A stretch of 36,446 nucleotides of DNA from a virus (lineage: Duplodnaviria > Caudoviricetes): IMG/VR virus record IMGVR_UViG_3300037310_000612, positions 1-36,446 of that record; one strand, given 5' to 3'. The notes beneath the pieces were generated by a model that had not been told where the DNA came from, ran no database searches, and was given only the letters and a program-made list of their open reading frames with translations. How positions within the stretch are numbered: the first letter of the stretch is position 1; each line of letters opens with the position of its first letter. Of the stretch, positions 27,094-35,835 are shown in pieces. The position numbers and the translations under genes are program-made.

Positions 27094-29808
27094 TTAGAAA
27101 AACCCTTCTAAACTTCCTCCAGACAACCCGACAGCCATTTCCATCTGATACTGAACATAAGCGGTATCAGTATTTGGTACTTTTTTGTCTTGCTCGATCG
27201 CGCTATAAAATAGTTTCAAATTGAAGGCATCATAATTATCTTCCAGTACCCAACCAAAATCGTTACATAAAAGGTGATCTTCAATACCTTCAAAAGAATA
27301 AGGATTATTGTATTTATCAGGTCCATCAAGGTATTCAGTTTGCCCGTTGTAGCGTTGAACCATTTGATACATTACCAGTTTCATCATAAATTCTAAACTT
27401 TCAAAATCCAAATTATATTGCTGAAATCTAGTTTTTTCAACTCTTATTCTTTTACCTTTTATTAAAGTTAACCCACACGCTTTCAAGAGATTACCTATTA
27501 CTTTAATATTCTTGAAGCAGCTAATATTAAAAAGTTCTTTTAGTGGTAGTTTGTTTTTTTGTATCCACTCACTTAATTTTTTTGCGGATGTCGGTGAAAT
27601 GTATATAGAGTCTGGGGCGTACTCAAACAGATCCTTAACATCTGCTATCTCAAATGCAATACAAATTGCACTTTTTATCATGTGTGCTTTTCGTTGTCTG
27701 TGCGAAATATCTGGTAAAAATTGCTGTGGATAACAATTTCCGAGAAATTTACCGTGTGGGTAGAAAAACTTCTCATTTTGATCTTTTTTAGCATAAGGAA
27801 AACGAGTCGGGGTGTAAATTTTCCAGGCGTAATCTTCCTCGTCAGATCTAAATTGTAAATCCCCAACTCTAAATCTATCAACTTCAAATTCTTTTGTATT
27901 TAAAACAGCACGGAAAAGGCGATAGACTTCCCATCCTTTTCCGTAATCAAATTTCTCAATTAAATCTGGTGTACATTCACCATACAAGAGCTCCACTCTA
28001 TGTTTTAAAAGTATTTTTTTTTCCCGATCATTTAACGTATATTCGTATTCTTTTTTCTTTTCAATCTTTCTTATTTCATCTCTATCTGGTAAATTTACGT
28101 TACAAACCGCTTCTAGGTAATCAATTTTTTGCTGATCTCTCAGCGCTTTTATTCCAGCGAGTTCTTCTAGCAGCTCTTCGTCTACTTCCTCTTTATCGAA
28201 CCACTCTACATCACCGTAGTTTGCCAACTCTTTATAAAAATGTCTGGATAGATTATTTGTACTATAATTGTGCCATGCTTTGGACTTTGCCCAAAAATCT
28301 ACGTACGCTTGTTCGTACGTATTTCTAATTATTTGCGCTAATCCTGTATCTGGATCGAATTCTTCAAAAAAGAAGAGTAAAGTATTAAATGCTTCTTGTT
28401 TTATTAATCGGTAATCAGTAGTTTTTTTTCTGATTGTTGTATTCACATACGTGTGGATTTTTTTTGGATTTCTTACTCTAAATAACTGTTGTAAAAGATC
28501 TTTGTGATTTATTTGATCGAAATTGTCGGCAAGTAGATAAACATTATCTATCGGGTATTGAATATCGATCCCCGTACCTAAGCTTGGTGATGCAACCGTT
28601 AATTGTGTTGTTTCTATTGCTTTATTAATGTTAGAAACAAACTCCGTTGTGGCAATAGATCCAATCGTTTCAGCAGTTACCAAATGTGAAGCTTTAGCGT
28701 ATTTCTTTAAGTAGGTAAAAGTTGTGTTTGCTTGCTCCCTGGTATTGCAAGCAAAGTAAACAGACTCGCCGTTTACTAAACTTAATTTGGCATTTTCTAA
28801 CAAATTTTCACTCTTTGCATATGCCGTAATTTGGTGATGTGAATCTCTATAAATATTTTCAAAAACTACAGTACTTTTTCTGGTATCTAATGCTGCCAAA
28901 TACTCTACCTCTTTATCCGTAAGATCGGCATCTAGACAAATCACAATAATCGCTCTTTTTATCAGCCAAATTAAATTGGCAACTATTTTTGCTCTAGTCT
29001 TGTAACAGGTTTCCCCCTGTAAATGTCTGAGCACTTGACTAACCTCATCAAGAATTACAATACCTCCTCTATCAAGATATTGTAAACCTTGTTTAACATC
29101 AAATCTGGCAAGGCTATCACAAGTAATTGCTAATTTTGGAGCAGAGGAAATTTTCAAGTCGGCAAACTTACCCTTGAAATCTTCATAGTATTTAATTTTA
29201 AATTCTCCTAATCTGTTTGCTGCTTGTCTTAGCAAAGCTCTTCTGTGCCCAATCATGTGAATTGGTACTTTGTTTACGCCGTCCGCATAATAGGTTTTTT
29301 TATTAATATAGTCATCCAGCACATTGTGCAACCATTCCGTTTTTCCTGTACCTTTTTCTGATTTCATAAAGAAAAATGTGCCAGGAGGAATTTGTAAATC
29401 TTTCGGTATATATTTCTTATTTATCTTATATTGCGCCGTGTAGCCATCTAATCTAAAGCTGAGCTCATTCTCAGTATCATATGGTTTTGCCAGCCAATAT
29501 AAGCTCCCTATCGTGCATCTTGTTTCAGAAATTGACCCAAATATTTTATCAATTTCTGCTGCGTTAAATTCAGACCATTCTTGATAGTATGCTTTTACAA
29601 CCTCTACATCTTCTATCTCTGTCAATAAAGCCGATGCAACCTTTATCTTATCTGCTCTATCTAGATCTCCAGCAGGTAAAATTTCAAGCGCTTTTTCTAT
29701 TCTTTTAAAATCAATCTTTTTATCTTGTTCTCTTAATATTTGTCTGCATTTTTTCTCTGTTAATTTGTTGAAAATCTCTATTTTCTTCGCAATTTTTTCT
29801 ATTTTGTT
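27094..29808 (-). CDS. Replication origin-binding SF2 helicase (UL9-like) with N-terminal PriCT-2-like domain
   Basis: SEKGTGKT, HRRAL, CDSL, ILDEVSQ, LDADL, SPSLGTGID, QQLFRVR. Frame is open from 29808. PriCT-2-like ALEILP...KVASAL...EWS...TIGSLYWLAK spans the annotated TTG at 29625. Confidence 0.8.
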   Translation of the reverse strand, partial: NKIEKIAKKIEIFNKLTEKKCRQILREQDKKIDFKRIEKALEILPAGDLDRADKIKVASALLTEIEDVEVVKAYYQEWSEFNAAEIDKIFGSISETRCTIGSLYWLAKPYDTENELSFRLDGYTAQYKINKKYIPKDLQIPPGTFFFMKSEKGTGKTEWLHNVLDDYINKKTYYADGVNKVPIHMIGHRRALLRQAANRLGEFKIKYYEDFKGKFADLKISSAPKLAITCDSLARFDVKQGLQYLDRGGIVILDEVSQVLRHLQGETCYKTRAKIVANLIWLIKRAIIVICLDADLTDKEVEYLAALDTRKSTVVFENIYRDSHHQITAYAKSENLLENAKLSLVNGESVYFACNTREQANTTFTYLKKYAKASHLVTAETIGSIATTEFVSNINKAIETTQLTVASPSLGTGIDIQYPIDNVYLLADNFDQINHKDLLQQLFRVRNPKKIHTYVNTTIRKKTTDYRLIKQEAFNTLLFFFEEFDPDTGLAQIIRNTYEQAYVDFWAKSKAWHNYSTNNLSRHFYKELANYGDVEWFDKEEVDEELLEELAGIKALRDQQKIDYLEAVCNVNLPDRDEIRKIEKKKEYEYTLNDREKKILLKHRVELLYGECTPDLIEKFDYGKGWEVYRLFRAVLNTKEFEVDRFRVGDLQFRSDEEDYAWKIYTPTRFPYAKKDQNEKFFYPHGKFLGNCYPQQFLPDISHRQRKAHMIKSAICIAFEIADVKDLFEYAPDSIYISPTSAKKLSEWIQKNKLPLKELFNISCFKNIKVIGNLLKACGLTLIKGKRIRVEKTRFQQYNLDFESLEFMMKLVMYQMVQRYNGQTEYLDGPDKYNNPYSFEGIEDHLLCNDFGWVLEDNYDAFNLKLFYSAIEQDKKVPNTDTAYVQYQMEMAVGLSGGSLEGFF

Positions 29809-29872
29809 CTATAATATTCTTATGGGCTGATTTAGATTTATTATCTTTTTTAGCTTTATATTTTCCTTTCAT
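29720..29872 (-). CDS. 50-aa leader ORF with strong RBS, out of frame with the helicase
   Basis: AAGGAGG at 29887-29881, ATG 29872, MKGKYKAKKDNKSKSAHK...KRTR*. Confidence 0.5.
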   Translation of the reverse strand: MKGKYKAKKDNKSKSAHKNIIEQNRKNCEENRDFQQINREKMQTNIKRTR

Positions 29873-29888
29873 TTTAATTTCCTCCTTG

Positions 29889-29934
29889 AGGTGCTACCTA
29901 GCTAGAAAGGTTTACAGCTACTAGTGTAGCACCT
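29889..29934. promoter_or_regulatory. Inverted repeat adjacent to helicase RBS
   Basis: AGGTGCTAC...GTAGCACCT. Confidence 0.4.
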
Positions 29935-29955
29935 TTTCGGTGGATTTTTTGTTAT

Positions 29956-30456
29956 TTAACTTGGAATTGTAAGATCGGAAAGTCTACCAACGTTTCGTAC
30001 TTTCTGAGAGCTAATATAAAAGGATGTCGCGACATCTTTAATAAGCATATGGTCGGGATTAGCTATACCAGCCTTTTCCAATGCACTACGCGCATATTGT
30101 AAAGCCTTTGCGTAAACTAAAGCTTCAGTTTCAAAGAATTTCTCACAATCAAATTTAAAACCAGTATTCATAACTATTCCGCTCGCCGTATTTTCTAGGG
30201 AAAAAGTATTATCTTTTGTCTTAATTTTTTCCTCCGTATCTGGATTGTTTTCCAGTTTCCTGAGGAATTTATAATTTCCCGAACCTTGTAGCATTATCTC
30301 AATTAAATCGTTTTTCTCCAGTGACCCAATCTTTTCTGGAGAATCGTATATTTTTATCTCCTCTAAAGGATCGTCTGTTGGCGTAACTATTATGTCCACT
30401 GAGCCGTATCTTGTTACTTTCTGTAAATTTGCCTTGAATTTTACTACAGCTTCCAT
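29956..30456 (-). CDS. Hypothetical protein (possible OB-fold/SSB-like)
   Basis: Beta-rich N-terminal half, RBS present, located in the replication cluster. Confidence 0.5.
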   Translation of the reverse strand: MEAVVKFKANLQKVTRYGSVDIIVTPTDDPLEEIKIYDSPEKIGSLEKNDLIEIMLQGSGNYKFLRKLENNPDTEEKIKTKDNTFSLENTASGIVMNTGFKFDCEKFFETEALVYAKALQYARSALEKAGIANPDHMLIKDVATSFYISSQKVRNVGRLSDLTIPS

Positions 30457-30601
30457 CTCTACCTTTCCTTTTTCGGTTAACTTTTATTATTATATAATAA
30501 TACGTATAGTGTATTTATTCAATAATTAATACGTAAAGTGTTGCTAAAAGAGAATGGGATTACGTAAAGTGTTAGTAGAGAAAAGCAAAAAAATTAATAC
30601 A

Positions 30602-30979
30602 ATGACCACGACTAAAAAACCACTGGGAAGACCAGTGAGTATTTATAGTGATTCAAATTCAGAATCTACTAGCGCCCGTGATCGCGCCAATGCTCGCTAT
30701 CGTAAATCTGAAAAAGGAAAAGCTACTGCTGCTTCTTATCAGCGCTCTTACCGTAAAAGAAAAGCAAAAGGTTTCCTTGAATACGAGCAGAGTCCCCAAA
30801 GATTAGCCCAAAAACGTAATTACTATGCCAGAAAAAAACTACGAAAACAAATAGCAGAGTTTATTATTGTTACTCTTTTAGATATTCCTTTTTCTGAATT
30901 AAGTAATTGCAAAAACTTTGTAAAATTTCTATATTCTTGGGCGCTTTGGGGAGAATATATTCAGTTGAAGCGTATCTAG
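30602..30979 (+). CDS. Basic putative DNA-binding protein
   Basis: GRP and RYRKSEKGK motifs. Start probably ATG 30602 since promoter-like repeats lie at 30530-30573. Confidence 0.5.
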   Translation: MTTTKKPLGRPVSIYSDSNSESTSARDRANARYRKSEKGKATAASYQRSYRKRKAKGFLEYEQSPQRLAQKRNYYARKKLRKQIAEFIIVTLLDIPFSELSNCKNFVKFLYSWALWGEYIQLKRI

Positions 30980-31881
30980 CGTGTGATCTGATACGTTTTT
31001 TCTATCAAACTGATTATTTCTTCTTTCGATCGCACTCGGACTACAAAATCAGTTCCATCTTCGCTGAAAATTTCATAAAATACTTCTGCCCAGTTTGTGT
31101 ACTTCAGCTCTAAAGGAACTAGGTATTTTCCCGTTTGCCTTTTCCACTTAATCTGTGGTGTCGGTTCTGGTATTATAAAGTTATCAAAAACTTCCTTTAA
31201 AGTCTTCGTCCTTTTTATTACATTTATTATATTTTTACAATTAAATACTGCCTGATTTTTTACATCTTCTGGCAATTCTATTACTTTTATTTGCCTCGAT
31301 CCCTTATCCCAAATTACCCAAAATGCGCCATCTGCTTGCATAGCTTCTTGGTAACAAGCTAGTTGCTTTATGTATCCTCTGTACTCGTTTTTTATAATTT
31401 CTATTGATAAAGGATTATTAAAAATTTGCCTAAAATAGCTTTCAGACATACTCTTAAACTCTACGACGTAAGTTTTTTCCTCAATTTTTAATACTCCATC
31501 TAAATGCCCTTCAACTCCGTAAAATTCTACACTTTTCTGACTATCTGTCACGCTATAACCTTTACTAAATAATAAAGCTTTTGCCCACGCCTCAAAGAAA
31601 TGTCCCTCCAAAAGAGGATAAATTTGATCTATCTTTTCATCCTCTTTCTTATAATTAAGATTCTCTAAAGCTAATATAATGGGCGCTTTTCCTATCTGAG
31701 ATAATCGCAAATTTAAAAACTTTTTCTCTTTTATTATCCCGTTATATTTTTCAGAATAATTTGTTATCGCATTTTTTATATCCTCCAAGACCAGATCCAA
31801 ATAATCAATTTTTATTTCAGTCTCTGTGTTTAATTCTTTTTCAAATTTAATAGTATTTATTTTTTCGGCTTGGTTAACCAT
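30976..31881 (-). CDS. PD-(D/E)XK exonuclease
   Basis: GHFFE, EGHLDG, VVEFKS, QLACY. Confidence 0.85.
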   Translation of the reverse strand: MVNQAEKINTIKFEKELNTETEIKIDYLDLVLEDIKNAITNYSEKYNGIIKEKKFLNLRLSQIGKAPIILALENLNYKKEDEKIDQIYPLLEGHFFEAWAKALLFSKGYSVTDSQKSVEFYGVEGHLDGVLKIEEKTYVVEFKSMSESYFRQIFNNPLSIEIIKNEYRGYIKQLACYQEAMQADGAFWVIWDKGSRQIKVIELPEDVKNQAVFNCKNIINVIKRTKTLKEVFDNFIIPEPTPQIKWKRQTGKYLVPLELKYTNWAEVFYEIFSEDGTDFVVRVRSKEEIISLIEKTYQITR

Positions 31882-31926
31882 TTTTTACTTATTTCCTTTA
31901 ATTATTCTCTATTTACTTCATTTCTT

Positions 31927-31943
31927 ATTATATCACTTACGTT
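31927..31943 (-). promoter_or_regulatory. (T/A)ACGTA-N5-TATAAT promoter motif
   Basis: Minus strand AACGTA AGTGA TATAAT. A second TACGTA AGTGA copy lies at 31966 on the + strand. Confidence 0.6.
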
Positions 31944-32133
31944 TGGTATAATTTATTTTCTTGTTTACGTAAGTGATACTTATATTTAAAGGTAAAAGCG
32001 CTTTCTTTTGTAGACAATATCGAAACCAAAAAACACTTAGTCCACATCAAAACAAAAAAGTGACCATGTCTACGAAGACTTAATTTATAAGCCTTAAGTA
32101 CCGCTAACGTATTGATTTATATGCTTTTTCAGG

Positions 32134-32191
32134 TGGTCAGTTTTTTGTATTAAACATAGCGCGCTATATATTAAACACAAAAAACTGACCA
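32134..32191. repeat. Dispersed palindromic element R6 (plus lone half-site at 32051-32066)
   Basis: TGGTCAGTTTTTTGTATTAAACATAGCGCGCTATATATTAAACACAAAAAACTGACCA. Confidence 0.95.
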
Positions 32192-32213
32192 CTTTGTAAA
32201 GTTGTGTGAAGAT

Positions 32214-34142
32214 TCACTTATCAGACCAATTTTTACAAACTTTAAACTCAAAAACGACAGGACAATAAGATAAAGAATCGGGCGCTGAGAAAACAGCAGT
32301 AAGTTTTTCTGCCAGCTCCTGAGGTGCGCGATCGCAAGGGCAATAAATCATGTATTCATCGTGAGTGCAACTTGCAATTAGTGCTCTATGCTTTTCTAAA
32401 AAAGGTTTAGCTAATAGAACTCTCGATTTTATTCTTGAGGCGCTGGAAGATTGAATCATAAAATTAAAGAGTTGTCTTTTTGGTTTTTCGGCATCTTTTT
32501 GAAAAACAATTGAACTTAAATCGTAATATCCAAGGTGCCCAAACAAATCCCAAATAGTACCTTTATTGTGAATGACAGTAGCTTGCGCAAGTAACTTGCA
32601 TAAATTCAAACTGGGCATTTTTTGCAGAATAGCATCGTATATTTGCTTTCCTTTTTCTTTATCACCGTCCCCCAACTTTAAGGCTCCAGCGCCATAAGCA
32701 GCACCGTAAGCTGCTGTTTTTGCTGCATCCCTTGCCGCTTTTTGTACTATCGGATCGGAAATATTCAAATTTAAAGATGCAGCAAATATTTCTTCAAATC
32801 CTAATAATTTAGCGTTATAAGTATGTAGATCAGCGTCTGTTTTAAAAATGTCTATCCAACTAAAATCGCCTGCAATTTTGGCAAAATACTCAGCCATAAT
32901 TCTAAGCTCGATCGCTGAGTCATCTCCTATGATCAAATCATATCCAGGAGGTGGTATAAAAAGCGATCTGAGAGTTTTTCCTATTTCACCACGAGCAGGT
33001 ACGTTCTGGAGATTTAAAGGCTTACTAGAGCTTAATCGACCTGTTCGTGTAAAACACTGATTAAAGTTTGTACGTAAGCGATTGTGCGTGCTACCAGAAG
33101 TGTTAGATGATAAAGTTTTCAACCAAGGTTCAAAAAACCCACTTTTAAGTTTTTTCAATTTTGAATATTGACATAGTAATTTTGCCAAAGGGTTGTTTAT
33201 GGATTTTAAAACTGATAAAGAAACTGAAGTATTTTTCTCTTTACCTGTTTCAAAATCAGTTTTCTTTTCAGGATTCCAGCCAGTTAGACGGAGACAATAT
33301 TCCTTGTGCCATGCTGAATTTGGATTAAATTCTTCTATTTTCCTGTAATAAAAAAAATTCTTTTTTAGTGATTCATCGTAAATTTCTCTTGCAAAAAGTA
33401 AATTTTCACTATTAGGATCTTTCCGAGGTTTAACATATTTTTTTGTTGCATTTCTTTGAGGTATTTTTGAAGGTACTATTGTTTTTATTTCCTCAATAAT
33501 AGAAGATATTTGTCGATCTATTTTAGGAATTACTTCGTCATTTAATTTAACTGTGTCAATATAAAATCCTGTATCATTCATTTCCCTTATTATTGCTGAA
33601 TAAGGTAATTCGATAAGAGAATAATATTCCCAGATACAAGGTAAAGTTTGTGATCGTAGAATTTCAAATAATTCAAAAGTAATCCGTGCATCTTGCTCAT
33701 TGTATTTTAATAGCTCAGGAGATGCTTTTGTTTTCCTCCAATCATAATACGATCCCATATCTAGTTTTCCTTCAATTAAATCTTTAAGCTTTAAAGATGT
33801 ACAAGGATTAATACAATACGCCAGTAGCATTGTATCTTGATAATCTCCTGGAGAAGGAATACAAAAACCATTATTTTTTAATACTCTTAAATCAAAAGAA
33901 GAATTGTGAAAAATAACACAATATTTATCCAGCAGATTTTGCAACTTATCTCTAAAACCATCAGAGAACTTAACAGCATTTGAGACACGACCGTCACAAA
34001 AGGCATAAGATACAATATCACAATCCCAATCAAGACCTGTTGTTTCTAAATCCAAAGACATTAAAGGTTTTCTAATTCTAGTGATTAAACCTGTAGCTTT
34101 AAGTTGAGGTTTGAGCTGTTGGAGTAAATTTGAAATTTCCAT
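32214..34142 (-). CDS. polA: Family A DNA polymerase with 3'-5' exonuclease
   Basis: DLETTGL, HNSSFD, YNEQDA, TGRLSS..NLQNVP, motif A DDSAIELR, motif B RDAAKTAAYGAAYG, motif C HDE. Confidence 0.95.
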   Translation of the reverse strand: MEISNLLQQLKPQLKATGLITRIRKPLMSLDLETTGLDWDCDIVSYAFCDGRVSNAVKFSDGFRDKLQNLLDKYCVIFHNSSFDLRVLKNNGFCIPSPGDYQDTMLLAYCINPCTSLKLKDLIEGKLDMGSYYDWRKTKASPELLKYNEQDARITFELFEILRSQTLPCIWEYYSLIELPYSAIIREMNDTGFYIDTVKLNDEVIPKIDRQISSIIEEIKTIVPSKIPQRNATKKYVKPRKDPNSENLLFAREIYDESLKKNFFYYRKIEEFNPNSAWHKEYCLRLTGWNPEKKTDFETGKEKNTSVSLSVLKSINNPLAKLLCQYSKLKKLKSGFFEPWLKTLSSNTSGSTHNRLRTNFNQCFTRTGRLSSSKPLNLQNVPARGEIGKTLRSLFIPPPGYDLIIGDDSAIELRIMAEYFAKIAGDFSWIDIFKTDADLHTYNAKLLGFEEIFAASLNLNISDPIVQKAARDAAKTAAYGAAYGAGALKLGDGDKEKGKQIYDAILQKMPSLNLCKLLAQATVIHNKGTIWDLFGHLGYYDLSSIVFQKDAEKPKRQLFNFMIQSSSASRIKSRVLLAKPFLEKHRALIASCTHDEYMIYCPCDRAPQELAEKLTAVFSAPDSLSYCPVVFEFKVCKNWSDK

Positions 34143-34783
34143 TATATTTCTAGTCCCAAAGCGGAGAAAATATTATCTACTAAATCTTCGATTAAGATAT
34201 TGTTATTTTGAAAATCAAATACCTTAAGTTGTAAGTTTGAATTTAAGTTAATAACTCTAAATTCTTCATTAACTTTAGTAGAATCATTTCCGTACAAAAG
34301 CTGGAGTATTTCTGTATCAGCTCCTTTGTAATATTTGTTATTTCTTGTTAAATTTATGTAAAATGTAGATAATTTTTGTGTATTAATAGAAGCTTTTTCT
34401 ATTGTTTCTATTTCGTTTAAAGTCCGAATACTTGTGAATATAAAAGTGTTTGGTTCAGTGTCGGTTAAATTTTTTGATGTGTAAAAAAACTCCTTTTCCA
34501 ATAAGCGAGCAGGAAAGGTTGGGTCATAGGAGGTAAAAAGAAAAAATAAGTGCTGTAATAGATCTCCAAAAGTATTAGTTTCGTTAACAAGAGATTGTTT
34601 GGTTTCTTGTTTTTCAAAAGAGCCTATAGGAAGATCGTAAGCTTCTTCTAGTAATGCCCAAAGTCTCTTTGTAGGCGTAATATGTTTATATTTGTCCGAT
34701 CTATTTGTCAAATATTTAGCCACAGTACTTTTCCCCGAACCAGAAGCTCCAAGTATTATTAAAGCTTTGTTATTGTTTGTCAT
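34142..34783 (-). CDS. P-loop nucleotide kinase (dNMP kinase-like)
   Basis: GASGSGKST; IFTSIRTLNE resembles the kinase D.R..NE motif. Confidence 0.7.
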   Translation of the reverse strand: MTNNNKALIILGASGSGKSTVAKYLTNRSDKYKHITPTKRLWALLEEAYDLPIGSFEKQETKQSLVNETNTFGDLLQHLFFLFTSYDPTFPARLLEKEFFYTSKNLTDTEPNTFIFTSIRTLNEIETIEKASINTQKLSTFYINLTRNNKYYKGADTEILQLLYGNDSTKVNEEFRVINLNSNLQLKVFDFQNNNILIEDLVDNIFSALGLEI

Positions 34784-34820
34784 AAACGTTATACTTTACG
34801 TATAGATTTTTTACCCTATT

Positions 34821-34837
34821 AGTATACCACTTACGTA
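34821..34837 (-). promoter_or_regulatory. TACGTA-N5-TATACT promoter motif
   Basis: Minus strand TACGTA AGTGG TATACT upstream of kinase-polA. Confidence 0.65.
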
Positions 34838-34855
34838 CGACAAAAACAAAATGTA

Positions 34856-35263
34856 ATGCGGACAAAAAGAATTTTATATGACGGTGTTTTTTATAGATCT
34901 GGGTATGAAAGTGCAATAGCAAAAACGAACAAAACCAAAGGATTAATATATGAAAAAACTAAAATACGTTATCAAGAAATAAACAACAGAATATATACGC
35001 CAGATTGGGAAATTCCTGCTGGGATAAGTTGCACTGGGGAATCAATTTTTATTGAGGCAAAAGGTATTTTTTCCGTAGGGGATAGAAAAAAACTACTAGC
35101 TATAAAAAAACAACACAACTTAGATATTAGATTGTTATTCCAGCGATCTACTTTGAAATTAAGCCCAAAAAGTAAAAAATCAAAAACTTATAGCGAATGG
35201 TGCGAAACACACGGAATCTTATACGCAGAGGGGTATAAAATACCAAATGAATGGTTCAGATAA
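34856..35263 (+). CDS. T7 endonuclease I-like Holliday junction resolvase
   Basis: YRSGYE, YTPDW, IEAKG, DRKK, LDIRLLFQ, TYSEWC, IPNEW. Confidence 0.9.
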   Translation: MRTKRILYDGVFYRSGYESAIAKTNKTKGLIYEKTKIRYQEINNRIYTPDWEIPAGISCTGESIFIEAKGIFSVGDRKKLLAIKKQHNLDIRLLFQRSTLKLSPKSKKSKTYSEWCETHGILYAEGYKIPNEWFR

Positions 35264-35597
35264 AATTATTGAAGAATTTATAATAAAGCAACATCAAGCG
35301 GGTGTCTCCTATCAAAAAATAGGAGAACTTGTTGGGCTTACGCGATCGCAAGTTCGGCATAGGTATAAAAAACTTACAGGTGGAAAAGAACCTAGTAAAT
35401 TTAATTTGTTTAGAGCACTAATAGACGACTATAAAAAAGACAAACGAGCTATAGAGTGGATAGAAAAAAACAGATGCGCATTGGCACAAATAGAGTCGGT
35501 TTACAGCGAAAACCAATTAAAAAACTTGACTAAAAGGGAAACAGGAAAACACAATGATGTATCAGAATGGCGTGTATTAGAATATGCAGCATTATAA
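35247..35597 (+). CDS. HTH DNA-binding protein
   Basis: GVSYQKIGELVGLTRSQVRHRY. Confidence 0.65.
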   Translation: MNGSDKIIEEFIIKQHQAGVSYQKIGELVGLTRSQVRHRYKKLTGGKEPSKFNLFRALIDDYKKDKRAIEWIEKNRCALAQIESVYSENQLKNLTKRETGKHNDVSEWRVLEYAAL

Positions 35598-35835
35598 TAA
35601 TTTTGAAGATAAAAAATTACTTTTAGATAAAATTATCAACTCTTGTATAGAAGGATTTCACGAAGAAACTCTTACTAATAAAGGGGATATTGTTCAGATA
35701 AAACGAGTCCAACCTAATATTGCCAGACAAGCAATTGAGACTTATCTAAAATTAGAAGAAGCTGAGCTGAAAGTTCAGCTCAGCAAGAAAGAAGAGGAGC
35801 AAGATGAGTATAAAATTATATTCAAACTCGGCTAA
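35584..35835 (+). CDS. Hypothetical protein (weakly TerS-like)
   Basis: 83 aa: helix-hairpin-helix with a hydrophobic C-terminal strand. Confidence 0.4.
   Translation: MQHYNNFEDKKLLLDKIINSCIEGFHEETLTNKGDIVQIKRVQPNIARQAIETYLKLEEAELKVQLSKKEEEQDEYKIIFKLG

Noticed and set aside
30976-31881. Cas4 call
   Set aside because: PD-(D/E)XK motifs are present, but the four-cysteine Fe-S pattern is absent.
3695-32191. CRISPR array or integron attC interpretation of the repeats
   Set aside because: Copies are kilobases apart with no spacer periodicity, lack the RYYYAAC/GTTRRRY ends, and no cas or intI gene is seen.
1118-33060. Numerous short antisense or nested ORFs (e.g. 1118-1465, 5929-6132, 8279-8539, 15603-15956, 16567-17818, 23952-24269, 27894-28328, 32848-33060)
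   Set aside because: Shadow frames of well-supported genes with no recognisable motifs.
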